A DNA stretch of 64,000 bases from Candidatus Micrarchaeota archaeon (GTDB lineage Archaea > Micrarchaeota > Micrarchaeia > Anstonellales > Bilamarchaeaceae). Both the position numbers and the translations under genes were made by a program. How positions within the stretch are numbered: position 1 is the stretch's first letter; each line of letters begins with the position of its first letter. Positions 1 through 9,742 of the stretch are shown here, in pieces. Below the pieces are notes generated by a model. That model did no database searches. It was given only the letters and a program-made list of their open reading frames with translations, and was not told the DNA's origin. The DNA is taken from assembly GCA_043827025.1 (NCBI GenBank), contig JBDRPL010000009.1, positions 1 to 64,000 on the forward strand, written 5' to 3'.

Positions 1-744
1 TTCAGTATCATGTACGTATCCTGCGATTACTAGCTTCCATCGTTTTTTATCCTTAGCCTTGACCTTTGCATAAAATCTCTTGAATGCCTCAATTGCAATC
101 CCGAATCTTTTTTCAGGAACAATTCTCGAGGGGTAGAGGAACAATATGTCGTATGATTCGCATTCATACTCTTTCGGATCAATACCAGGATGAATCACTT
201 CAGCATCTTTTCTATGAAGATATTTCCTTACTCTTTCATTTGTCACTTCTGAATTAGTGCAAATTGCCTCTATCTTAGGAACTGTCCTGAATTCTGCGAA
301 TCTATATGCTTGAATCAGGCCCCAATTTATTGGCCGTTTCCATATCGGCAGTTTTGCCATTCGCCATGAATACAAATCAAAAGCTTCGCGATTCGGCGAG
401 TGGCAGAACCAGCACACCCTTTCGTTTCTGTTCCGTATCCATTCTGATGGAGTACCGTGTGCATTTATCACATCGTAATCATCCTTTATCTTGAAATCAA
501 AATACCTGAACCCTGCCCCTATTGCATTGTATCTTCTTTCATCTCCCTTTAGGAAGAAGAAAGGCAATTCAAAGTTGCTTTTAGAGATGTGTTTTATCTC
601 AAATTCCTTGAATTCGGAAAAAGTCTGTTTTGGATCATAGACTATAGAGTAGATTATCGGATTGAATTCCTTCGCAATCTCCAGCACAACGCGTTCCACA
701 CCTCCTTTTTGGTGGAGGAATGGATGGGCAATGACAAGGTCCAT
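1..744 (-). CDS. GT4-family (GT-B) glycosyltransferase, runs off window start
   Basis: Manual translation from ATG at 744: MDLVIAHPFLHQKGGVERVVLEIAK...NSEVT...LFLYPSRIVPEKRFGIAIEAF, typical GT4 motifs. Absent from the ORF track because no stop lies in the window. Confidence 0.85.
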   Translation of the reverse strand, partial: MDLVIAHPFLHQKGGVERVVLEIAKEFNPIIYSIVYDPKQTFSEFKEFEIKHISKSNFELPFFFLKGDERRYNAIGAGFRYFDFKIKDDYDVINAHGTPSEWIRNRNERVCWFCHSPNREAFDLYSWRMAKLPIWKRPINWGLIQAYRFAEFRTVPKIEAICTNSEVTNERVRKYLHRKDAEVIHPGIDPKEYECESYDILFLYPSRIVPEKRFGIAIEAFKRFYAKVKAKDKKRWKLVIAGYVHDTE

Positions 745-795
745 GATGTGTTTATCGAAGGTTAGCTTTTAATTTATTGGTTTCAAATACTTCCC

Positions 796-2844
796 ATGCA
801 CAAACATAAGAAAAAGGCAGAGAAAGAGAAACAAGTCAAAAAGAAACAAGTCAAAAAAGATTCAAAACCTGATTTCCTGCCTTTCCTTCTTGATCCAAAA
901 GTTGCGCTTTCAATCACTGTTGGCGCCTATTTTGCAATAGTGCTTCTTACCTATGTCCAATCCTATTTTCCAGCAGGCATTGACACATCCACACATCTGT
1001 TTCAGATCTGGCTTTTCCAAACAGAAGGCTTCACTGCCTGGAATCCGTGGTGGTATGCAGGCAATCCATTGTTGGATCAATATCCTCCGTTGACCCATTT
1101 CGTTCCATCTTTGCTTTCGGGCATAATTGGTGTTGAAACCTCTTACAAACTCTTTTTTGCCATCGCCCTTTTGGCACTTCCAATATCATTCTTCCTGCTT
1201 CTTCAGGAATTCAAATTATCAGAAGCCCAGAGATCTGTGGCACTTTACTTTTTTTCATTTTCCTCCATCCTGGTGCATTATTTCCAAGGGGGCGTATTCT
1301 CAGAGCTTGCTTCAATCCCATTCGTCATACTTTTCTTTAAGTATTTCGTGCGCTACCTTAATGATGGAAAGATGCGTTCAGCAACACTTTCTTCAATATT
1401 CATGGCATTGACTGCACTTTCCCATCTCTTCAATCCAGTTATTGCAGGCCTTATCGCAGCAATATTCGTATTCTGTTTCTCTATGAGTATTACAGGCATA
1501 AAGCGCCTGATAACTGTTGGCCTTTTATCATTGCTTCTGGTCGCATTCTTTTGGGTGCCTCTTGCAAGAAATTATCATTTCAATACCACTTCCCCTGATT
1601 TTGCCCCTTTGAAGTTCGCTCAGATACTTGTTGAAATGGTTTTCCGTATTTTCAGCTACTTTAACATCCTGTCATTCGTGCTACTGGTATTGCTCGGGAT
1701 CGTGTTTATCCTCGGTTCCTATTATCTAACAAGGGATTTCTTTGTGAAACATAACAAAAAAACCAGGCAATCCGACCTTAGACTCCCATTATTTTTCGTC
1801 CTTATAATCCTTATTCCTGTTCTTCTTGCATGGGCGCTTCCAAGCCCTTATAGCAGTGATTTCAAGAATAAGACCCCTCCTCTTTATCCAATATTTTTTG
1901 GAATAGTAATTGCAGGTTTTGTGGGCCACAACAGAAAATTTGATTTCATAATCGGCTTGCTTATTTTCGGCATGTTCTTTTCATTTGTCATGCATCCTAT
2001 CCCACAAATCTCAAATCAAGTGGCTGACTTTTCGAAATGGTCAGCGAGTTTCATTGACCATAGAGCATTGTTCCTTCCGCAAGGCTATGAGTTCCTGCCA
2101 CCAGGTGCAACCTCTTCCAACTCCAACGAATATCTATATTCGGTCTACCTTCTTCCTTCATACGACCAGAAAGAGGTCTATAATGGTTGGTTTGGGGAAC
2201 TTGCACCTCATCTTGAAAAAGATGATAGGATAAACTTTTATTGCACTTCACCCAAGAGCTTTGGCCAGATGTTTTCCGAGATTTCACTTTTTGGAGATAC
2301 CATTCGCGGAAGCTTTGCATCCTGCCAGATAGAAGCATCTAAAGAAGAGTTCTGCAGTGTTTTACAGGAGGCTTCAGTTGATACCATTTTCGTCAATTCC
2401 CGTTTCTTAGACGTAGTTGATTACGTTGAACATTCTCCTTGTATTCAGAAGCTTGGCGAACTGGATTTCCTCTATGCCTATAAAATCAAAGATACAAAGC
2501 CTTATGTTGACAATGATTTTGCATATGTTAAACAGGCTGGAAAGATTTCAGTTTCAATTGTAGGGCCTTATGATGGCAACCTGACAGTCAGAGAGAGCTA
2601 TTACCCGTATTGGACAGCATCCATATGGCCTGCAAACATCAGTATTGGTCAGACGAAGGACGGTTTCATATCTGTTCCAGTGCTGGTTTCAAAAGGAACC
2701 TATGAGTTGAATCTCACTTATTCCCCGCCACGGTTTGGGAACATGTATCTCTTGATTTCAATCATTGCATGGGCAGTTGCATTATTACTGGTATTTCCAC
2801 AGTTTTCTGCCAGATTTGCCAATATTTATAAACATCGCCGCTGA
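796..2844 (+). CDS. Polytopic membrane protein, PTPS-related/YfhO-like (GT-C-type glycosyltransferase candidate)
   Basis: About 12 TM segments; GIDTSTH...WNPWWYAGNPLLDQYPPL loop motif; C-terminal ESYYPYWTA motif. Confidence 0.65.
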   Translation: MHKHKKKAEKEKQVKKKQVKKDSKPDFLPFLLDPKVALSITVGAYFAIVLLTYVQSYFPAGIDTSTHLFQIWLFQTEGFTAWNPWWYAGNPLLDQYPPLTHFVPSLLSGIIGVETSYKLFFAIALLALPISFFLLLQEFKLSEAQRSVALYFFSFSSILVHYFQGGVFSELASIPFVILFFKYFVRYLNDGKMRSATLSSIFMALTALSHLFNPVIAGLIAAIFVFCFSMSITGIKRLITVGLLSLLLVAFFWVPLARNYHFNTTSPDFAPLKFAQILVEMVFRIFSYFNILSFVLLVLLGIVFILGSYYLTRDFFVKHNKKTRQSDLRLPLFFVLIILIPVLLAWALPSPYSSDFKNKTPPLYPIFFGIVIAGFVGHNRKFDFIIGLLIFGMFFSFVMHPIPQISNQVADFSKWSASFIDHRALFLPQGYEFLPPGATSSNSNEYLYSVYLLPSYDQKEVYNGWFGELAPHLEKDDRINFYCTSPKSFGQMFSEISLFGDTIRGSFASCQIEASKEEFCSVLQEASVDTIFVNSRFLDVVDYVEHSPCIQKLGELDFLYAYKIKDTKPYVDNDFAYVKQAGKISVSIVGPYDGNLTVRESYYPYWTASIWPANISIGQTKDGFISVPVLVSKGTYELNLTYSPPRFGNMYLLISIIAWAVALLLVFPQFSARFANIYKHRR

Positions 2845-2853
2845 TATTTCTTC

Positions 2854-3201
2854 ATGGCACCAAAGAAAAAGGCGAAGAAATCCAAGAAAATGCCTAAGAA
2901 GCAACCAAAATCCACAGGAAAGGTGTTTCCAGTTGGGGATTTGGATCTCACTATGGAAAATGCAGAACTGTCAGAAGAGGCAGAACTCTTGCGCGAAGAG
3001 GAAGAATGCTCTCCTTGCGATGACAAACCCAACAGCTGCATGGTTCTGATTGCATTGTTGTTTGTTTTAGGGACCGTTGCACTTGTGACAGTGTTCCCTC
3101 TTGACAATATGATTTCATGGATTTATCTGATAGTGTTTTGGGCAGTGATGCTTTTGATTGCATATTCAAAGTGCAAGTCAAAGGCTTGTTGTTCCAAATA
3201 G
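2854..3201 (+). CDS. Small membrane protein, hypothetical
   Basis: Lys-rich N-terminus, acidic linker, two TM helices; follows the upstream gene by 9 nt. Confidence 0.6.
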   Translation: MAPKKKAKKSKKMPKKQPKSTGKVFPVGDLDLTMENAELSEEAELLREEEECSPCDDKPNSCMVLIALLFVLGTVALVTVFPLDNMISWIYLIVFWAVMLLIAYSKCKSKACCSK

Positions 3202-3451
3202 TCGAGAAAAAGAACAAAATTTCATAAATTTTGTCTGCTTGGAAATTTAGAATTTCCAACAAGGACAAAAGTATTTAAATGTTGTTTCCGTTATAAAAAC
3301 GTAATTCAAAATAATTCAAACAGTTCTTTTTCGTATTGGAAATCTGATGGTTTCCAATTCGCACAAAATTTGTGAAATTTTGTGCCCTTGGGAGGGGGAA
3401 ATTGATTGTTTATTCAGTTCAATTAGGTTAAATCAAGGTGGGGGGATAAAT

Positions 3452-3556
3452 ATGCAAGAAAGCCAAGCTGTCAAATTCATGAAATTGGGCTATACAGCGG
3501 CCAAAACAGGAGTAGACTTTGAGGAATTGATTAAATTAGTCAACTTTCACTCATAA
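3452..3556 (+). CDS. Micro-protein (34 aa), hypothetical
   Basis: AAGGTGGGGG RBS before ATG 3452; MQESQAVKFMKLGYTAAKTGVDFEELIKLVNFHS; T-run after the stop. Confidence 0.45.
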   Translation: MQESQAVKFMKLGYTAAKTGVDFEELIKLVNFHS

Positions 3557-3595
3557 ATCTCCTTTTATTTTACAATCCAATTTTCTCGTTTTCTT

Positions 3596-4060
3596 TTATC
3601 TGTGGATCATTACTATGTTTCCCCCATTCGCTTTTTGCAATTCTTTTGTAGCTATCTTCACCAGAGAGTTCTCGGATCCTCCACCGCTGTAAACGATTTC
3701 TCTTTCCATAACTCGCTGATCTATCAGGAAAGTTGCATTGTATCCAAAAGAGGGTGTTCCTCCGCAAGGATAACCTGTCATTTCAAGTATCTCTTTCGGT
3801 GTTGCTGTTCTTGGCCTTTCGATTTTCAGGACTTCAGCGACTTTCGAAGTGCTGGCTCTATCTTCGCCTTTTACAATTGCCATAATAAGCTTTCCATTCG
3901 AATCAATCATGCAGATATTTTTGACAAAGTCTTCTGCCCTGGCATTTACTGCAATTGCAGCTTCTTCCACAGAATGGCAGGATTGCTGAAAAACAAGATG
4001 GTCTGCTTTAATGCTGTTTTCTCGAATGTATTTCTTCAGTTTCTCTTCGAAGTCATTCAT
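3596..4060 (-). CDS. YbaK/ProX-family aminoacyl-tRNA deacylase
   Basis: HSVEEAA, VKNI, TGYPCGGTPSFG and YSGGG motifs. Confidence 0.85.
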   Translation of the reverse strand: MNDFEEKLKKYIRENSIKADHLVFQQSCHSVEEAAIAVNARAEDFVKNICMIDSNGKLIMAIVKGEDRASTSKVAEVLKIERPRTATPKEILEMTGYPCGGTPSFGYNATFLIDQRVMEREIVYSGGGSENSLVKIATKELQKANGGNIVMIHR

Positions 4061-4063
4061 GGG

Positions 4064-4375
4064 TTATGCAGGCCTTTTTTCACTTTCCTTTAGTTGCCCA
4101 TATTCTTTTTTGCTTATTTCGATAGGCATGCCTATGTATCCGCATTTGGTGCAGGTTATTTTGGTTTCTATTGAAAAAGAACCCATCTCAGAAAGTTTGT
4201 CATCTTCAAAATCCTGTTCGCCAACTATGTGCTTGCATTTCGGGCAAATGATTAGGTCATTTTCGTTCTCTTCTTTGCCTTCTTCTGCCTCTTTTTTCCT
4301 TTTTGCGGCTTCCTTGTCTTCGTATTCATCCATCTTTTTCACTGCATCGTTTATCTCTTCCTCTTCAGTAGTCAT
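4064..4375 (-). CDS. Zn-ribbon protein, hypothetical
   Basis: CPKC...CTKCGY pairs after a charged helix. Confidence 0.6.
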   Translation of the reverse strand: MTTEEEEINDAVKKMDEYEDKEAAKRKKEAEEGKEENENDLIICPKCKHIVGEQDFEDDKLSEMGSFSIETKITCTKCGYIGMPIEISKKEYGQLKESEKRPA

Positions 4376-4544
4376 GGTATCAACAACTCTATTTTATTTT
4401 ATATCTCTTTCGTTTATTCTCTTGCAATTTGTTTAAACACAAGAAACAAGAGCTTTAGCGTAAAATTTCCTTTTAGGTCTCTTGAAAAAGCACTAGGCAG
4501 TGACCTTGTGGTCACTTCTAGTCTTTTTTCTATTAAGAAAAAAG

Positions 4545-4708
4545 CGCTAGGGGAGAGATTTGAACTCTCGAACGGTTACCCGCAGCAGGTGTCCAAACTT
4601 TTAGGAAATTATTAACTTCCATCAAAGGTTTTTTGGGTACCAAAGCCTTTTTTTACAAAAAAGGCTTTGTTAGCAACCTGCCGCCCTACCGGACTAGGCG
4701 ACCCCAGC
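4545..4708 (-). tRNA. tRNA-Ser(GCT) with ~80-nt anticodon-loop intron (about 4591-4670)
   Basis: Acceptor GCTGGGG/CCCTAGC plus discriminator G; D arm GCCTAGTCCGGTAGGGC; anticodon stem GCAGG/CCTGC with TT-GCT-A; long variable arm; T arm GAGAG-TTCAAAT-CTCTC. Confidence 0.9.
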
Positions 4709-4766
4709 ACAAACACTAATCGTTGTTTGTAGCCTAAGAAAAGGGATAAACAATTTAATAAATTAA

Positions 4767-5942
4767 CTATTGAAGTTTGCCCCAGCCGGAAAGTTTCCAT
4801 CTCTGACCTATTTTCCTGCTGATTGCAATCTTGTAATTGCTTTCTATGACTATCGGTTTCTTGAGTTTTATCTGGTAAGTTCCCTTGTGAATCTTCATGA
4901 CAATTCCAACAGAAGTTGCAGTCTGTGCATTTACAACAACTGGCTCGCCTTCTTTCAAAGGAAGTTCCTGACTACCCTTTCTTTTCAGGACTTCGTATTT
5001 TATCCTGAATTCCTCCAAGGCATCAGGCAGTTCATTAACATGGCCTACAACTGCGCCTACAAGTATATCTGTTTTTGTTATCGCCGGGTCAAGGTCGGTT
5101 CCTATTGCTATCAGCCCGCCTGGCTTTGCCTCAGTGAGTTTTTCATTCTCTTCCCTAAGTGAATTTATGGTGAATTTCAATGGCTGAACCTTTCCACCTT
5201 CTTTCATGGCAATGCCTGGCTTTAATTCCACCTTATCACCAATCTTAAGAACGCCTTGTATTATCGAACCTCCAATAACACCACCTTTCAACTCTTTTAT
5301 AGGAGTTCCTGGCTTGTTAATATCAAAGGATCTTGAGATGTGCATTCTTATCTTCGCCTTTTCATCTCTTTGCGGTGTTTTGATTGTTTCCTCGATCATC
5401 TTAATGAGTTCAGGTAGATTTATGCCGTAATTCGCAGCAACAGGCACTATGGGTGCATTTTCCGCAACTGAGCCCTTAAGGAATTCCTTTATCTGCTTGT
5501 AATTCTCAAGCGCCTTTTCCTTGGTTGCAAGATCTATCTTTGTCTGAACAACAATTATGTTTTTTATGCCTATTGAATTCAGGACCATCAGGTGTTCTGC
5601 AGTTTGTGGCTGAGGACATTCCTCATTGGCAGCTATCAGGAAAAGCGCGCCGTCAAGTATGCTTGAGGCTGAGATCACAGTTGTCATCAGTGTTTCATGG
5701 CCAGGGGCATCAACAAAAGATATCCTTCTGCTGAATTCATAGCCTGGCTCTTTTTTCAATGAGTATTTGCCTGTTTCCTTGTTATGATAAATTTCAGCGT
5801 TTGCATAGCCTAGTCTTATGGATATTCCTCTCTTAATTTCTTCGCTATGGGTGTCAGTCCATTTACCTGTAAGGGCTTTTGTAAGAGTGGTTTTGCCATG
5901 GTCAACATGGCCAAGTAAACCTATGTTTATTTCAGCCTGCAA
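4767..5942 (-). CDS. eif2g: Translation initiation factor aIF2 gamma subunit (TTG start)
   Basis: GHVDHGKTT, EEIKRGISIRLGY, DAPGHETLM and PQPQTAEH motifs. Confidence 0.97.
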   Translation of the reverse strand: MQAEINIGLLGHVDHGKTTLTKALTGKWTDTHSEEIKRGISIRLGYANAEIYHNKETGKYSLKKEPGYEFSRRISFVDAPGHETLMTTVISASSILDGALFLIAANEECPQPQTAEHLMVLNSIGIKNIIVVQTKIDLATKEKALENYKQIKEFLKGSVAENAPIVPVAANYGINLPELIKMIEETIKTPQRDEKAKIRMHISRSFDINKPGTPIKELKGGVIGGSIIQGVLKIGDKVELKPGIAMKEGGKVQPLKFTINSLREENEKLTEAKPGGLIAIGTDLDPAITKTDILVGAVVGHVNELPDALEEFRIKYEVLKRKGSQELPLKEGEPVVVNAQTATSVGIVMKIHKGTYQIKLKKPIVIESNYKIAISRKIGQRWKLSGWGKLQ

Positions 5943-5948
5943 CTAAAA

Positions 5949-6335
5949 TCAGCTCTTTTTCTCCTGTTTTGGGAACAGTTGGTCAAGAGGTGCTGTGCCT
6001 GCCGCGGTTACTACGCAGTTTATCTGCATCATATCCGAGGAATATGTGTTTCCATGCACCATCTTTCTTCGTCTTTCGCCATTTCTTTTTGTGTGGAATC
6101 CCACGCCTTTTGTAAGAAGGATCTGTCTTTTGGTGGCCCCCCCTACATCTTTTCTCATTGGGAATCCGCTCGTGTCGCTTCCGCCGCTAAGCTTGAATTT
6201 GTAGCCTGCTGCTCCAAACATTCCACCATCGATCTCCTCGCCGAGTTTCTTTCCGATTACGGTCGACTCTTGTTCGGGAGTCATGTCTTTCTGATAGCTT
6301 TTTCCTGTTTTTGTGTCAGATACGACTAATTTCAT
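5949..6335 (-). CDS. rps6e: 30S ribosomal protein S6e
   Basis: GGSDTSGFPMRKD and GERRRKMVHGN motifs; adjacent to aIF2-gamma. Confidence 0.97.
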   Translation of the reverse strand: MKLVVSDTKTGKSYQKDMTPEQESTVIGKKLGEEIDGGMFGAAGYKFKLSGGSDTSGFPMRKDVGGATKRQILLTKGVGFHTKRNGERRRKMVHGNTYSSDMMQINCVVTAAGTAPLDQLFPKQEKKS

Positions 6336-6431
6336 GAATACACCTCATAATTTGTAAATAGAAGTGTATGGTTAAATTAAAAAAGCTTGTGAGGGGGATT
6401 GAAATCAGGTTTTTATTTGCTTCTGACGATT

Positions 6432-6747
6432 ATGTCTTCATAAAGAACTCGACAACAATACAGATACAGAAGGGAAACGCGATAACCTGAAGCTCGGACT
6501 GCAGATCCTGGCAGTACTTTTGGTGCTTATGCTAGCATTTTTCCTAATCTCGCCAATCATTTCCTTGTTGCTTATATTTGCTTCTGCCATTTGTTCATTG
6601 GCAGTGATGATACTGGCAACCATAGAGGTTGTCAAATCGAAAAAATCTGATGATTCCAAGGCCCTTTGGATACTTGGAATCTGGTTGTTGCTAGGTCTGT
6701 TAGGAGTAATACTTTATTATTTCATAGGAAGGGAAAAGAAACAATAA
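6432..6747 (+). pseudogene. PLDc_N-like small membrane protein with an apparent +1 frameshift just after the ATG
   Basis: C-terminal KALWILGIWLLLGLLGVILYYFIGR is PLDc_N-like. ATG 6432 reads ATG TCT TCA TAA; removing one T gives MSHKELDNN... in frame with ORF 6520-6747. Confidence 0.45.
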
Positions 6748-6755
6748 AATTATTT

Positions 6756-7157
6756 CTACCTTTTTTGAGTATACCCTATACCTATAACAAACTCATCACA
6801 ATATCTTGACAAGTATGCGGACCTTGGCTCCAAGTTCTTGCAGTTGGGTTTGTTCAGGCTCACCAATTTTTTTATTATCTTCCTTATATCAGCTACTGTT
6901 TCTTTTATTTTTGTCACGTTACGGGCGAGTCCAAGAGTATTTTCCTTATCCGCTATCTCTAGGAACTTTTTGATGCCCATGTTGATACCTGAGACTGGCT
7001 GTTTTAGTTCTAGGTTCCTAAATACCCACCCTGGTTTCATCTGCGAGCTGAAATGGTTCATAAAGTTGAATTTTCTATCTTTCAGTTGGACGAAATTTCC
7101 GTTGAAATAGTAATAACTATCCATTGTGTCCGGCATCTTATCTCTTCTCAAGCTCAA
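6756..7157 (-). CDS. Hypothetical protein (start possibly 7136)
   Basis: ORF directly downstream of the TPR gene; no recognisable motif. Confidence 0.5.
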   Translation of the reverse strand: MSLRRDKMPDTMDSYYYFNGNFVQLKDRKFNFMNHFSSQMKPGWVFRNLELKQPVSGINMGIKKFLEIADKENTLGLARNVTKIKETVADIRKIIKKLVSLNKPNCKNLEPRSAYLSRYCDEFVIGIGYTQKR

Positions 7158-7647
7158 GTATCTTTGTCTCTAATTTCTCCTTTGCTTTTTCATTTATTTT
7201 CGGGTTGTTCTTGAAGAATGTCCTGAAGAATTCTTTCAATAGTGAGATGGTTTTCTTTTTGTCTGCATCATATGCGAGTTTCAGGAGCTCCTTGGATTTT
7301 GCATCATTCAGGAACATGTACCCTATTGCAAGGAAGAAGTATGTTTCAGCATCCTTCTTTATCTTTTCAGCTTCCTCGAATTTTTGCACTGCTTCATTCA
7401 CTTCGAATGTTTCCATGTATGCCATGCCGTCTGCCTTGAAATATTCAGGTTTTTTCTTTATGGAAACGGCGTGTTCAAAACATTCATGCGCATATGGATA
7501 ATTATCCAGTTTAAGTGAGATTATGCCCCTAAGATACCATAACTCGTCATTTTTATACTGGCTTTTAAGTAGCGAATCTATTATTTTGGCTGCTTCCCTG
7601 TGTTTGCCTTGTGAAAGTAGTTTTTTTGCATTTTCCAGTTCGCTCAT
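7138..7647 (-). CDS. TPR-repeat protein
   Basis: Repeated TPR-like helices (ELWYLRGIISLKLDNYPYAHECFEHA; AETYFFLAIGY). Confidence 0.8.
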   Translation of the reverse strand: MSELENAKKLLSQGKHREAAKIIDSLLKSQYKNDELWYLRGIISLKLDNYPYAHECFEHAVSIKKKPEYFKADGMAYMETFEVNEAVQKFEEAEKIKKDAETYFFLAIGYMFLNDAKSKELLKLAYDADKKKTISLLKEFFRTFFKNNPKINEKAKEKLETKILELEKR

Positions 7648-7699
7648 GTTGATATCTTGTTACTCTAGCCTTAAATAATTTTGCCATAGAGAACTCATT

Positions 7700-8080
7700 A
7701 TGAAGAAAGTAGTACTTGATACGAATTTCCTTCTTGCGCCTTACCAGTTTAAGATAGACATATTCACCCAGCTTCGGGATATGATACCTACAAATTACGA
7801 GTTGTATGTGTCCAAGAGGATATTGCACGAAATAACCAGGTTGTCACAGAGCACAGGAAGGCATGCCTCAGCTGCGCGATTCGCTCTCAAACTTATTGCA
7901 GTAAACAAGGTGAAAGTAATTGATTCGGATGAATTTGCAGATGATTGGATTGTCAAGTATGCGGAAGAAGACGAAGATGTCATTGTCTGCACGAACGATA
8001 TATTTCTAAAGAACAGAGTCAAGGCGCGTAAGAGAAAAGTCGTTGGAATGAGGACAAAGGCGAGACTTGCTTTTCTTTGA
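7700..8080 (+). CDS. PIN-domain nuclease, Fcf1/Utp24-like (rRNA processing)
   Basis: VVLDTNFLL, ADDWI and VCTND motifs; usual neighbour of aIF2-gamma/rps6e. Confidence 0.85.
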   Translation: MKKVVLDTNFLLAPYQFKIDIFTQLRDMIPTNYELYVSKRILHEITRLSQSTGRHASAARFALKLIAVNKVKVIDSDEFADDWIVKYAEEDEDVIVCTNDIFLKNRVKARKRKVVGMRTKARLAFL

Positions 8081-8119
8081 TGCCAATTCTTTTTTATATC
8101 TTAACTTAGTTATCTTTTC

Positions 8120-9076
8120 ATGCCTAACCACCCTATCCTTCTTTACCGCGGAGGCGAGTTCGATGCGAACTTCTATCACTATTCAAATCTTGACATAGAC
8201 AACGGAATACTTTTGGTAGATGGAAACAAAAAGACATTGTTCATCTCGAAGATGAACGAAACCTTCGCAAAGAAATGGTTCGATGGAAAAGTAGTTGTTT
8301 ACAAGGAAACTAAGGAACTAGCTAAACACATCAAATCCAAGAAATTGTTTTTCGATTCCAAATCTATGACTGTAAGAATCCACAAGCGTCTCTCTAAATT
8401 ATTCAAACTGGAAGATGCTTCCGAGCAGCTTGCATTGGCGCGAGTGAAAAAAACAAGCGATGAGGTTTCAAAAATAAGAAGAGCAGTTTCACTGTCAAAG
8501 AAAATATTTGGCGAACTCGATTTTTCGAACTTCAAAACAGAAAGCGATGTTCGTAAATTCCTTCTCGTGCGAACCCTGGAGTTGGGATTGGAGCCCGCAT
8601 TTCAGCCGATAGTTGCATCTGGAAGAAATGCCTCCATGCCTCATTATTCCGAGTTCAATTCAAAACTTTCTGATTTGGTGCTAGTGGATTATGGAGTAAG
8701 ATACAAACACTACAATGCGGATTTGACAAGATGTTTTTTCTTGAAAAAAGACAATAAAAAGGAACAGGCATATGAATCAGTAAAGCAAGTCTTCAACGAG
8801 CTTGTTGATAATTTCCAGAACTTCAAAACAGCAAAGCAGTTTGCAGAATTTGGCGCCAAACAAATGAAAAAACAGGGACTGCCTGAAATGATTCATTCAT
8901 TTGGCCATGGCATTGGATTAGATGTGCATGAGAAGCCAAGGCTAAGCGTTTTTTCAAAGGACAAACTCTTGCCAAAGACTGCAATGGCAATCGAGCCTGC
9001 TGCTTACTTCAAGGATTTTGGAGTTAGATATGAAGAAACTGTTTATTTTGATGGGAAGAAAGCAAGAATATTGTAG
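8120..9076 (+). CDS. Xaa-Pro aminopeptidase/prolidase (M24B)
   Basis: PH, DYG...YNADLTR, HSFGHGIGLDVHE, IEPAAY and GVRYEE metal-ligand motifs. Confidence 0.92.
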   Translation: MPNHPILLYRGGEFDANFYHYSNLDIDNGILLVDGNKKTLFISKMNETFAKKWFDGKVVVYKETKELAKHIKSKKLFFDSKSMTVRIHKRLSKLFKLEDASEQLALARVKKTSDEVSKIRRAVSLSKKIFGELDFSNFKTESDVRKFLLVRTLELGLEPAFQPIVASGRNASMPHYSEFNSKLSDLVLVDYGVRYKHYNADLTRCFFLKKDNKKEQAYESVKQVFNELVDNFQNFKTAKQFAEFGAKQMKKQGLPEMIHSFGHGIGLDVHEKPRLSVFSKDKLLPKTAMAIEPAAYFKDFGVRYEETVYFDGKKARIL

Positions 9077-9079
9077 TGC

Positions 9080-9481
9080 TTAATAAATTATCACTTCTAA
9101 TTTTTCGATTTGATCAAAGTGTTTCTTGTTTCTCGTAATTATCTTAGATATTCCGTTGCTCAGGCAAGCTGCGGCAATAAGATAATCAGGTTCATCTATC
9201 AGGATGCCTTTCTTTCGTAAATTGGCGTATAGTTCAGCTGCTCTTTTTGAAACTTCAAAGTCTATGTCTAACACATATAGATTTGAAACAATTGCTTCCA
9301 ATGCGCTGAAATGTTTTTCTCTATTATGGGGTAAAAGATAGATCCCTCTCAAAACTTCGTAAACATTTATTGTAGTAGTATAGAATGCATTCTCTTTCTT
9401 CAATTGCTCTATGATGGCTATTGCTTTCTGTTCGCCTTTCAGAATGTCAATCAAGACAGCTGTATCCAGCAGAACCTTCAT
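9080..9481 (-). CDS. vapC: VapC PIN toxin
   Basis: LLDTAVLID...E...DYLIAA...TRNKKHF; overlaps the antitoxin stop. Confidence 0.9.
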   Translation of the reverse strand: MKVLLDTAVLIDILKGEQKAIAIIEQLKKENAFYTTTINVYEVLRGIYLLPHNREKHFSALEAIVSNLYVLDIDFEVSKRAAELYANLRKKGILIDEPDYLIAAACLSNGISKIITRNKKHFDQIEKLEVIIY

Positions 9482-9705
9482 TGCGTGTCAGCTCTCCACT
9501 TTTGTTTCCTTGCCTTATTTGTTTCTTCCTCGATAAATTTAAGGTCATCTTTGTAGTTCGCAAGAAGGCCGTAGCATTTGCTTATGTCTTTTTCTTCAAC
9601 AAGGCTTCTGATAATATCTGAGAAGCTTTCATCGTCCTTCTTAAGCCTCTTCAATAGAGTGTAAACATCTTCGGTTATGGATATGTTGATACTGCCCATA
9701 CTCAT
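9478..9705 (-). CDS. vapB: VapB-type antitoxin (DUF217-like)
   Basis: NISITEDVYTLLKRLKKDDESFSDIIRSL; directly upstream of vapC. Confidence 0.85.
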   Translation of the reverse strand: MSMGSINISITEDVYTLLKRLKKDDESFSDIIRSLVEEKDISKCYGLLANYKDDLKFIEEETNKARKQKWRADTQ

Positions 9706-9742
9706 ATATGTACATGGATTAATTTATAATGCTTTGTATGAG

